A stretch of DNA of 64,000 bases from the NCBI GenBank assembly GCA_025463415.1, contig JAOBWO010000169.1, forward strand, positions 9,894 through 73,893. Reading direction: 5' to 3'. This DNA comes from Acidimicrobiales bacterium (GTDB lineage: Bacteria; Actinomycetota; Acidimicrobiia; Acidimicrobiales; Ilumatobacteraceae). Shown one piece after another: positions 8,774-16,965 of the stretch (the first letter of the stretch is position 1; every line of letters begins with the position of its first letter). The notes under the pieces are model-generated. The model searched no databases. It had not been told where the DNA came from and was given only the letters and a program-made list of their open reading frames with translations. The position numbers and the translations under genes are program-made.

Positions 8774-10146
8774 CCCAGCGCCAACGTCGCCATAGGGATC
8801 GAGAGCACGAATGCGACATCGTCGCCCACTGCTGCACACACGAGGTCGCCACCGTGGTTGCGAGCAATTCGACGCGAGATTGCCAGACCGAGCCCCGCGC
8901 CGCCCGCGTCGCTCGCTCGTGCAGCATCGAGCCGAGTGAACGGCTCGAAGATCCGCTCGCTGTCTTCGGCGTCGATCGGTGCGCCGTCGTTGGTGAAGAT
9001 CACCCGGTAGCCGATCCGATCCGTCGCGTTGGTGACCGTGATCCGCGTGCGCGCATGCCGTTGCGCGTTGTTGAGCAGGTTGCGCAGCACGCGGGTGAGG
9101 AGGTCGTCGTCACCGAGCACAGGCATGGGGCGACTCGGCATCCTCCAGGTGATCGGCACATCGCCGGGCGGGATCGAGGTGACAGCCCGGTCGATCAGCG
9201 CGGCGAGATCGAGCGCGTGGAGAGCCGGAGGCCGTCCACGGGCGTCGGTGCGGGCGAAGTCCAGCAGTTCGCCGGAGAGCCGCTCGAGGCGATCGATCTC
9301 GAGCAGGACATCGTTCGCCGTCGTCGTCCAGTCAGCCCGGTCTGGGTACGCGAGCCCGACCTCGAGCTGCGTGCGCGCTGCGGCAAGAGGGCTGCGCAGC
9401 TCGTGCGAGGCATCGGCTGCGAACTGACGCTGGCGTTGCGCGTCGGCATCGAGCCGATCGAGGAGGTGGTTGAGCGTCCTGCCCAGTCGGCCGAGCTCGT
9501 CATCGGTGTCCGGCGCCGTGACCCTCCGCTCCATCGACGAGGCCTCGATGTCGTCGACCTCGGCGCGCATCGCGTCGACAGGGCCGAGCGCGCGTCCGAC
9601 GCTGCGCCACAGCACGCACGTCGCTACGCCGACGAACAGGGGAACGCCTGCCAACAATGCCAGCGCCAGCGTGCGCACCGCATTGTCGGCCGCCTTCAAC
9701 GACGACACCCCGTAGATCACATAGCGTCCCGCCGGGGTCTCGATCGAGCGAGCCTCGATCCGGTAGCGCTCGTCAGGATCACTGTCGATCCGGCCGCCCG
9801 ACACGGTCGAGACGCGCGAGCCAACGCCCGGCGGAGCATCGATGATGTCGAGGTGGGACGTCTCCGCGAACCCGTTCGTGGCGGCGACGAGATGGTTGCT
9901 CGCGTCGTAGACCTGGATCTGGCCGATCTCGCGGCCCTTGGCCTGCAGATCCGCCGGCAGCTCACCCGACTGAGCGAGTGCGGAGACTTCATCGATCTGC
10001 TGGTTGAGCAACGCCTGGGTGTCCTCCTCCAGCGCGTGCCGCAACAGCCCCGCCACTGCGATTGCGCCGACCACCAGCACGATTGCGATCAGGCCACCAG
10101 CGGCGACCGTCACGCGGAGTCGCAGCGAGCGACGACGGCGGGCCAT
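8770..10146 (-). CDS. sensor histidine kinase (HAMP-HisKA-HATPase)
   Basis: TM segments followed by DDELGRLGRTLNHLLDRL (HAMP), an H-box FAADASHELRSPL, and N/G boxes LRNLLNNAQRHA...GGAGLGLAISRRIA. Start taken at MARRRRSL (ATG 10144-10146), 1 nt after the stop of the upstream response regulator. Confidence 0.85.
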   Translation of the reverse strand: MARRRRSLRLRVTVAAGGLIAIVLVVGAIAVAGLLRHALEEDTQALLNQQIDEVSALAQSGELPADLQAKGREIGQIQVYDASNHLVAATNGFAETSHLDIIDAPPGVGSRVSTVSGGRIDSDPDERYRIEARSIETPAGRYVIYGVSSLKAADNAVRTLALALLAGVPLFVGVATCVLWRSVGRALGPVDAMRAEVDDIEASSMERRVTAPDTDDELGRLGRTLNHLLDRLDADAQRQRQFAADASHELRSPLAAARTQLEVGLAYPDRADWTTTANDVLLEIDRLERLSGELLDFARTDARGRPPALHALDLAALIDRAVTSIPPGDVPITWRMPSRPMPVLGDDDLLTRVLRNLLNNAQRHARTRITVTNATDRIGYRVIFTNDGAPIDAEDSERIFEPFTRLDAARASDAGGAGLGLAISRRIARNHGGDLVCAAVGDDVAFVLSIPMATLALG

Positions 10147-10147
10147 C

Positions 10148-10813
10148 TCAGGTCCTCGCGGTCGACATGCGGTAGCCGCCGCCGCGGATGGTCTCGATCG
10201 CGGCCGGATCGAGCTTGCGGCGCAAAGCAGATACATGGACCTCGACGACGTTGTCACCACCGTCGTAGGCGAAGTCCCAGACGTTCGTGAGGATGTCGCC
10301 CTTCGGCACGACCTCGTCGGCGCGCCGCATCAGATACTCCAGGACCGCGAACTCGCGCGGCGTCAACTCCACCGGGACACCGCGCGACGAGCAGACGCGA
10401 CGCACAGGATCGAGGGTGATCGAACCGACCGACAGCGCGATCGGCCGAGGTCCCGCACCACGGCGGACCAACGCGCGGAGCCTGGCGACCAGCACGAGGT
10501 ACGAGAACGGCTTCGACAGGAAGTCGTCGGCGCCGATCTCCAACGCCTCTGTCTCGTCGAGCTCGCCGTCCTTGGCGGTCAGCATCAGCACAGGCGTCCA
10601 GATCTGCTTGGCGCGCATCGTCTCGCACACCTTCAGCCCGTTGATCCCCGGGAGCATGATGTCGAGCACGACGACGTCGTAGGGCTGTTCGGTCGCCATC
10701 CACAGCCCGTCGCTGCCGTTCGACGCGACGTCGACGGAGAAGCCCTCAGCCTCCAGCCCTCGTTTGAGCGCTGCGGACAGACGCACCTCATCCTCGACCA
10801 CGAGCACTCTCAC
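10148..10813 (-). CDS. OmpR-family response regulator
   Basis: VRVLVVEDEVRLS...DVVVLDIMLPGINGLKVC...LMLTAKD plus winged-helix LTPREFAVLEYLMRRADEVV...VEVHVSALRRKL. GTG start at 10811-10813; the longer track ORF upstream looks spurious. Confidence 0.9.
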   Translation of the reverse strand: MRVLVVEDEVRLSAALKRGLEAEGFSVDVASNGSDGLWMATEQPYDVVVLDIMLPGINGLKVCETMRAKQIWTPVLMLTAKDGELDETEALEIGADDFLSKPFSYLVLVARLRALVRRGAGPRPIALSVGSITLDPVRRVCSSRGVPVELTPREFAVLEYLMRRADEVVPKGDILTNVWDFAYDGGDNVVEVHVSALRRKLDPAAIETIRGGGYRMSTART

Positions 10814-10952
10814 AGCGGGAGTCTCGCAGGAGACCACATCCACTTCGACCAACCTGAAGCAATCTTCAGCCGCCTTCAGGAAGGCCTCAGCCGCATCGGC
10901 GCACGCTCTCCACAACGGACGCGTCGGCGTCCCTCCACCCCCGGGAGCAACC

Positions 10953-11387
10953 ATGCAATCCACCCTGAACCGCCCCGCCACCGCGCGTGAACCACGGGTC
11001 GACGAGGCGACGCGCATCACGCCGCTGCCCGTGCTCGACCTCCTCGGCATCGCCGGCCTCGGCGCTGTCATCGCGATCCACACGTCCGAGCTGTCGGGCA
11101 AGGTCGACGAGGTCGCGTACCTCGGCTTCGGCTACGTGCTGCTGATCGCGGCCTCGCTCGTGTCGATCGTGATGCTGTCCCACCGCGACGTGCGCGGTTG
11201 GTACCTCGGCGGGCTGACGTGCCTGGCCACCCTCGTCGGCTTCGTCCTCACCCGCACGACCGGGCTTCCCGGATCGAAGGACGACATCGGCAACTGGGGC
11301 GAGACGATCGCGATCTGGTCTCTGGTCGCCGAGGGCCTGGTTGTGCTGCTCACTGGTTACGCGTTGGCCAATCGCCGCAAGATCTGA
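10953..11387 (+). CDS. small integral membrane protein (about 4 TM), unknown function
   Basis: ATG at 10953 is preceded by GGGAG. Four hydrophobic stretches (LLGIAGLGAVIAI, LGFGYVLLIAASLVSIVML, LTCLATLVGFVL, IAIWSLVAEGLVVLL). Divergent from the two-component operon. Confidence 0.55.
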   Translation: MQSTLNRPATAREPRVDEATRITPLPVLDLLGIAGLGAVIAIHTSELSGKVDEVAYLGFGYVLLIAASLVSIVMLSHRDVRGWYLGGLTCLATLVGFVLTRTTGLPGSKDDIGNWGETIAIWSLVAEGLVVLLTGYALANRRKI

Positions 11388-11422
11388 CGCTCGTCGCCTG
11401 AGCGGCCAGCGCTGGAAGATCC

Positions 11423-11455
11423 TCCCAAACCGGACACATCCTGTCCGGTTTGGGA
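11423..11455 (+). terminator. 14-bp perfect hairpin after the membrane-protein gene
   Basis: TCCCAAACCGGACA (11423-11436), loop CATCC, TGTCCGGTTTGGGA (11442-11455). There is no U-tract, so it is either a non-canonical terminator or an RNA-stability element. It overlaps the first candidate start (11450) of the next ORF, which favours the 11471 start. Confidence 0.5.
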
Positions 11456-11470
11456 TGGTCCCATGGGGCC

Positions 11471-12445
11471 ATGAGATCCACACGGACAACCCACCAACCA
11501 CCCTCCGGAGCCCCGGCCATCGAGGCCCTCGGCCTGACCAAACGCTACGGCGGCACCCATGCCCTGGCCGGCCTCGACCTGATCGCCCCCGCCGGCAAGG
11601 TGACCGCGGTCCTCGGGCCGAACGGCGCCGGCAAGACGACGTTCGTGAAGGCCGTCGCCACCCTGCTCAGCCCGGACTCGGGCCAATTGCGGGTGGCCGG
11701 GATCGACGCGCTCGCTGACCCGGGCCGGGTGCGTCGTTCGATCGGCCTGGCCGGCCAGAACGCCGCGGTGGAGCCTGCGCTGACCGGGCGCGAGAACCTC
11801 GTCATGGTCGCCCGCTTCTTCGGCCACGATCGCACGGCAGCACAGGAAGCCGCAGTCAGCGTGCTGGACGAGATCGATCTGACGGCCGACGCCGACCGGC
11901 CGGTGAAGGGCTACTCCGGCGGGATGCGCCGCCGGCTGGATCTCGGTGCGAGCCTCGTCGGAGCGCCGAAGATCCTCCTGCTCGACGAGCCCACGACGGG
12001 CCTCGACCCACGGACCCGCATGGAGCTCTGGGACTCGATCCGCGCGCTCGTCAGTCGCGGTACCGACGTGCTGCTGACCACGCAGTACCTCGAGGAGGCC
12101 GATCAACTGGCCGACCACGTCGTGATCATCGATCACGGTCGCACCATCGCCAACGGCACGCCGACCGAGCTGAAAGCGCGTGCCGGGCGCGACATGGTCG
12201 AGGTGCGCGTCGCCAACGGCGCCGACCTCGCCACGGTCACCGCGATCCTCGCCCCGCTCGGCTCCGAGGAGCCACGCATCGACGAGCCGGGCCGACGCGT
12301 CGCGGTACCCGTCATCGACGGCACCGGCCGCCTGGCCGACGCCGTGCGCAGCATCAGCGACCGTGGCATCGAGCTCGATGACATCGGTCTGCGCCGTCCC
12401 ACCCTCGACGAAGTCTTCCTCACCCTCACTGGAGCAGCAGCATGA
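11471..12445 (+). CDS. ABC transporter ATP-binding protein (DrrA-like, ABC-2 exporter)
   Basis: Walker A GPNGAGKTT, signature YSGGMRRRLDL, Walker B ILLLDEPTTGLD. 4-nt overlap with the permease gene. Confidence 0.9.
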   Translation: MRSTRTTHQPPSGAPAIEALGLTKRYGGTHALAGLDLIAPAGKVTAVLGPNGAGKTTFVKAVATLLSPDSGQLRVAGIDALADPGRVRRSIGLAGQNAAVEPALTGRENLVMVARFFGHDRTAAQEAAVSVLDEIDLTADADRPVKGYSGGMRRRLDLGASLVGAPKILLLDEPTTGLDPRTRMELWDSIRALVSRGTDVLLTTQYLEEADQLADHVVIIDHGRTIANGTPTELKARAGRDMVEVRVANGADLATVTAILAPLGSEEPRIDEPGRRVAVPVIDGTGRLADAVRSISDRGIELDDIGLRRPTLDEVFLTLTGAAA

Positions 12446-13314
12446 ACACGATCACCGACCATCACACCGCCGTACCCACGAGCGATCTCGAGCCGTCACC
12501 CGGCACAGCGCCCCGGCGCACGATCATCACCGCCCCCGTCAACCCGCCGACGGTGTTCGCCACGGCCAACACCTACGCCGCGCGCACGGTGCGCAAGTTC
12601 ATGCGCACACCCCAGTTGCTGGTGGTCAGCTCGTTGACCTCGATCATGTTCCTGCTCATCTTCCGCTACGTGTTCGGCGGGGCCATCCAGACCGGTGGGA
12701 TCGCCTACGTGGACTTCTTGATCCCAGCACTGGCGGCAGTGAGCGGCCTGTTCGCCGGCGGCGCGGTCGGAGTGGCCGAGGACGCCGACAGTGGCATGTT
12801 CGACCGGTTGCGATCGCTGCCGATCCCCCGCTCGGCGGTGCTGCTCGGGCGATCCATGGCCGACACCGCGCTGATCATGTGGGGCACCTTCGTCAGCATC
12901 GCGGTCGGCTTCATCGTCGGGTTCCGGGTCCACACCGGCATCGGAACGGCGCTCGCGGCACTGGCGCTCTGCGTGCTGTTCGCGGCGGCGCTCAGCTGGG
13001 TGATGATCTTCCTCGGGCTCGTCAGCGGCACCGCCCAGGCGGCTCAGGGCATCTCGTTCGCGGTGTTCCCGCTGATCTTCGTGTCCAGTGCCTACGTGCC
13101 CGTCAAGTCGATGCCGGGATGGATGCAGCCGATCGCCGACAACCAACCGGTCACCGCGATGGTCGGAGCCGTGCGTGCACTGGTGCTGGGCGGCGACACC
13201 CAGGCCCTGCTGGGCCACAGCACGACCTGGCTGGTGAGCCATTCGATCGTCTGGTCGGTGGTCATCGGAGGGTTGTTCGCAACCCTGGCCTCGCGCCGGT
13301 TCGCGAAGCTGTAG
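12442..13314 (+). CDS. ABC-2 type transporter permease
   Basis: 290 aa, six hydrophobic segments, and the usual DrrB-like layout directly after the ATPase (ATGA-type overlap at 12442-12445). Confidence 0.85.
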   Translation: MNTITDHHTAVPTSDLEPSPGTAPRRTIITAPVNPPTVFATANTYAARTVRKFMRTPQLLVVSSLTSIMFLLIFRYVFGGAIQTGGIAYVDFLIPALAAVSGLFAGGAVGVAEDADSGMFDRLRSLPIPRSAVLLGRSMADTALIMWGTFVSIAVGFIVGFRVHTGIGTALAALALCVLFAAALSWVMIFLGLVSGTAQAAQGISFAVFPLIFVSSAYVPVKSMPGWMQPIADNQPVTAMVGAVRALVLGGDTQALLGHSTTWLVSHSIVWSVVIGGLFATLASRRFAKL

Positions 13315-13377
13315 TCGGGGGTTCTCGCCGGCTCGCGGGCCGTTGCCGACGAGGTCCGTTCGGGCCGACGGTCGGTC

Positions 13378-14184
13378 ATGGCCCGCACGGTCGCGCCCGT
13401 GACGAAGCTGCACTACGCGATCGACGAGGATCGCATCGGCAGTCGCCTCGCCCCGCTGTTCGTAATGCTCGACGCCGATCAGGACACGATGACCTTCGTC
13501 GCCGAGGAGCGCGTCCGCCGCCACGGCCGGCTCCGCTGGGCGGCACGTGCGATGGTCCGTCCCGTCCTCGGCGCCTTCTCCGCCAACGCGCTGCTCGACA
13601 TCTACCCGCTGTTCATGCTCAGCCAGGCGCAGTGGTCGACGTTGCTGGCACCGTACGGCGGTGGCCGGCTGCTCGACGTCGGTGCCGCGGCCGGTCACGT
13701 CACGTCCCGCCTCGCCCCGCTGTACGAGGACGTCACCACCACCGACGTCTCCCGTGCGATGGTCCGCCGGCTGCGCGCGCGAGGCATGCGTGCGACGGTG
13801 CACGATCTCGCCACCCAACCCGCACCGAACGCGCCCTACGACACCGTCGCACTGATGAACGTGCTCGACCGGTGCGCACGTCCGCAGACGATGCTGCGCG
13901 CCGCCATCGACGCCCTCGCTCCCCGTGGCACCCTCGTCGTCTCGATGCCGCTCCCCTACCAACCCTGCTGGTACGACGGCCCGGTGTCTCGCGACCCTGT
14001 CGAACGTCTCGGCCTCCGCGCCACCGACTGGGAGCACAGCGCTGCCGAACTGGCCGAGACCCTCGAACACCACGGGCTCCGCATCGAAGCGATCACTCGC
14101 GCCCCGTACCTCTCCGGCGGCGACCGCCACAACCCGCTCTACGTCCTCGACGCCGTCATCATCGTCGCGACGCGCACGCCGTAG
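13378..14184 (+). CDS. DREV/METTL9-like class I methyltransferase
   Basis: LFMLSQAQWSTLL, LLDVGAAAGHVT, YDTVALMNVLDRCARPQTML, LPYQPCWY and TRAPYLSGGDRHNPLYVLDAVIIV track the remembered human METTL9 blocks ([63 protein letters not shown]...[10 protein letters not shown]). Confidence 0.75.
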   Translation: MARTVAPVTKLHYAIDEDRIGSRLAPLFVMLDADQDTMTFVAEERVRRHGRLRWAARAMVRPVLGAFSANALLDIYPLFMLSQAQWSTLLAPYGGGRLLDVGAAAGHVTSRLAPLYEDVTTTDVSRAMVRRLRARGMRATVHDLATQPAPNAPYDTVALMNVLDRCARPQTMLRAAIDALAPRGTLVVSMPLPYQPCWYDGPVSRDPVERLGLRATDWEHSAAELAETLEHHGLRIEAITRAPYLSGGDRHNPLYVLDAVIIVATRTP

Positions 14185-14205
14185 CCAGGTCTCAGCCGGG
14201 ACCGG

Positions 14206-15054
14206 TCAGCCGATGCCGAGGCTGATCCTGCCGGCGTAGGCCGCCGTGCGGCCCGGCAGCAGGGGGACGCCACGGCGCATGTGGCGCAGGTCGCGGCTGT
14301 GCACGCCGCCCAACGCGAGCAGCGTGTCGAGGTGTGCGCTCTCCGGCGGCACGCAGATCCGCGCGTCGTCGTTCCATGGCAGCTCAGCGGCAAAGGCGAC
14401 GAGCTCGGCCAGCGTGTCGGGGTCGTCGGCGGCAAGCGGACCGACCGTCGTGTGCTGGGCGAGGACGACGCCGACGACCGCACCATCGGCACCTCGCACA
14501 AGACCACATCGGCCGGGATGATCGGCCAACAGCACAGCCAGCAACGCCGAGCGGTCAGCGCCGAACACCGCAGCGTCATAGGCGGCGAACGCCGCCAGAT
14601 CGTCGACGCCGACGAGCTCGACCCGCGGGTGCGGCGTGCCGCGCTGGGGCACGCTCACGATGCGTGTCGGCCCGTGGTCGGTGAAGCCGAGCCGCTCGTA
14701 CAGCGGCCCACCCGCCGCCGACGCATCCAGCACCGAGGCGCACCCGTGCCCGGCCAGGATCTCGGCCACGCGCTCGGTGACCAGAGCGCCGATGCCACGC
14801 CGCTCGTACGTCGGCTCCGTGCCGATCAGCCCGATCCAGCCGAAGCCGGCATCTGCGTACGCGATGCCGCAGCCGGTGCCGACGATCTCGCCGGCGTCCT
14901 CGACCACCACCAGCGCATCAGGCTGCACGGCGGCGTACCAACCGATCTGGGCGCGGAACGACGGCCCTTTGTAGGCGCGCCGCATCACTGCATCCATCTT
15001 CGGGATCGCGGCATCGATCTCGGTCGGCGCGATCACGCGCAGGGTGATGGACAT
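14206..15054 (-). CDS. GNAT-family N-acetyltransferase (two-domain)
   Basis: Start at MSITLRVIAP (ATG 15052-15054). Acetyl-CoA motif ERRGIGALVTERVAEILAGHG. A second C-terminal GNAT-like half is present. Confidence 0.8.
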   Translation of the reverse strand: MSITLRVIAPTEIDAAIPKMDAVMRRAYKGPSFRAQIGWYAAVQPDALVVVEDAGEIVGTGCGIAYADAGFGWIGLIGTEPTYERRGIGALVTERVAEILAGHGCASVLDASAAGGPLYERLGFTDHGPTRIVSVPQRGTPHPRVELVGVDDLAAFAAYDAAVFGADRSALLAVLLADHPGRCGLVRGADGAVVGVVLAQHTTVGPLAADDPDTLAELVAFAAELPWNDDARICVPPESAHLDTLLALGGVHSRDLRHMRRGVPLLPGRTAAYAGRISLGIG

Positions 15055-15083
15055 CGAGGGCAGCAACCGGCAGCGTGGGGCGA

Positions 15084-15323
15084 CTACTGCTGGTAGCCCT
15101 CCACCATGTTCGCCGGGCGGACTGCCGCCCCGTCGGGATCGAGCCCGGCCGACTTGCGCGCCCGGCGCTGGCGGAGGAGGTCCCAGCACTGGTCGAGGGC
15201 GACCTCGATCTCACGGATGCGCGCGGCGTGCTCTTGCGAGGACTCGGCGATCGCCTTCGATTCCAGCTCGCGCTCTTCGTGAACGAGTGCCTCGATGTCG
15301 CTGAGGATCTGCTTGTCGTCCAT
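15084..15323 (-). CDS. DUF2630-like small protein
   Basis: MDDKQILSDIEALVHEERELE...IREIEVALDQCWDLLRQRRARK is a charged helical 79-aa protein matching the remembered DUF2630 pattern. Confidence 0.65.
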   Translation of the reverse strand: MDDKQILSDIEALVHEERELESKAIAESSQEHAARIREIEVALDQCWDLLRQRRARKSAGLDPDGAAVRPANMVEGYQQ

Positions 15324-15371
15324 GGTGCAACTCCCGATCGTCGTGACTGAGGGCATCGTACCTTTTCAGGT

Positions 15372-16070
15372 TCAGATGAAGTCGCGCAGCTCCGCGTCGT
15401 CGGCTTCGATGCCGGCGCGCAGCCTGGCCAACGACGGCTCCCGGGCGCGCAACTTCGTCGCTGCGTGGGCGCGCATGTCGAGCGCACCCAGCGTCGCGAG
15501 GAGTGCGTCGATTGCTTCGTCCAAGCCGTCCGCAGCCACGGCGTGGTCGAGGAAGCCGGCCGTCACCGCGCCCTCGGGCGTGAACGTCTCGGCCAGGATG
15601 CAGGCCCGGTTGAACGCGGCGGGGGTCAGCCGTTGGTGCAGCATCTCGACAGCCGCCCGCGGCATCGTCAAGCCGATCGCCACCTCGTTCGCCGCGTACT
15701 TGTATGCACCGGTGATCCCGATGCGGTAGTCGCCCGACAGCAGGAGGAAGGAACCCATCGCGAGCGCATGGCCGGTCGAGACGATGACCACCGGCTTCGG
15801 AAAGGACAGCAGCCGTTCCGCGAGTTCGAAACCGGCGCGCAACATGTCGACCATCTCCAGTCCGCCGCTGCGGATCACCTTCAAGTCGAAGCCGGCCGAG
15901 AACAGGCCGTCCCGGCCGCGCAGCACGATCATCGCGTCGTCCGCCAGCGCGCGATCGACCGCCGCTCCGATCTCGGCCAGCATCGCCGGCGACAGCGCGT
16001 TCGCCTTGCCGTCGTCGAGCGTGATCCTCGCCACCGAGCCTTGCAGTTCATATCGCAAACGGTCCGTCAT
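15372..16070 (-). CDS. enoyl-CoA hydratase/isomerase (crotonase) family protein
   Basis: MTDRLRYELQGSVARITLDDGKANALSP...RGRDGLFSAGFDLK...PVVIVSTGHALAMGSFLLL. ATG at 16068-16070; the upstream part of the 405-aa track ORF was rejected. Confidence 0.85.
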   Translation of the reverse strand: MTDRLRYELQGSVARITLDDGKANALSPAMLAEIGAAVDRALADDAMIVLRGRDGLFSAGFDLKVIRSGGLEMVDMLRAGFELAERLLSFPKPVVIVSTGHALAMGSFLLLSGDYRIGITGAYKYAANEVAIGLTMPRAAVEMLHQRLTPAAFNRACILAETFTPEGAVTAGFLDHAVAADGLDEAIDALLATLGALDMRAHAATKLRAREPSLARLRAGIEADDAELRDFI

Positions 16071-16178
16071 TCGCCCATCCTCCTCGTGCCCGCGATGAGT
16101 GGAACAAACCATGGATCCGAATGCAAGTTCAGGACGCGAGCGCCTCACATCCGTTCGGCACGGATACCGTCCCCGTTG

Positions 16179-16961
16179 ATGCCAACTGCGATCCAGTACG
16201 CGAAGGACCTCCTGCCCGACGTCCGCATCGAGCCCACGGCTCGACGCATCCGTGCCGTGATCGCAGGTGAAGCCATCGTCGACACGATCGATGCGTTCGT
16301 GCTGTTCGAACGCGATCACCTGCCCGCGTACTACTTCCCGCGCGCCGCCGTGCGCGACGAGCTCCTCGTCGCCAGCGATCTGCACACGTTCTGCCCGCGC
16401 AAAGGGACAGCGTCCTACTTCCACGTGCAAGTGGGCGAGCGGCTCGCCGAGAACGCGGTCTGGTACTACCCCGAGCCGCTCGAGCAGCTTCCGGAGCTGG
16501 CCGGACTGGTCTCGTTCTACTGGGACCGCGTCGACCACTGGTTCGAAGAGGACGAAGAGGTCTTCAAGCACGCCCGCGATCCCTATCACCGAGTCGATGC
16601 ACTGCAGAGCTCACGTCACGTGCAGGTCGTCGTGGACGGTGAGATCGTCGCCGACACCACTCGTCCGGTCCTGCTCTTCGAGACCGGGCTCCCCACCCGC
16701 TACTACATCCCGCCTGACGACGTTCGCACCGATCTGATGACCAGCACCGAGACTGCGAGCGTCTGCCCGTACAAGGGCACGGCGGGCTACTGGACGCTCA
16801 CCGTCGGCGATCGCACCATCGCCGATGCAGTGTGGAGCTACGCCGAACCCGTTCCGCAGACGCCGACGATCAAGGGGTTGCTGTGCTTCTTCGACGAGCG
16901 CGTCGACGAGATCGTCGTCGACGGCGTCAGCCAACCCAGGCCCGTCACCCCGTGGTCCTGA
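16179..16961 (+). CDS. tandem DUF427-domain protein
   Basis: Two repeats of the DUF427 pattern (...YYFPRAAV...FCPRKGTASYFHV...AVWYYPEP... and ...RYYIPPDDV...VCPYKGTAGYWTL...AVWSYAEP...). ATG at 16179. Confidence 0.8.
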   Translation: MPTAIQYAKDLLPDVRIEPTARRIRAVIAGEAIVDTIDAFVLFERDHLPAYYFPRAAVRDELLVASDLHTFCPRKGTASYFHVQVGERLAENAVWYYPEPLEQLPELAGLVSFYWDRVDHWFEEDEEVFKHARDPYHRVDALQSSRHVQVVVDGEIVADTTRPVLLFETGLPTRYYIPPDDVRTDLMTSTETASVCPYKGTAGYWTLTVGDRTIADAVWSYAEPVPQTPTIKGLLCFFDERVDEIVVDGVSQPRPVTPWS

Positions 16962-16965
16962 CGGC

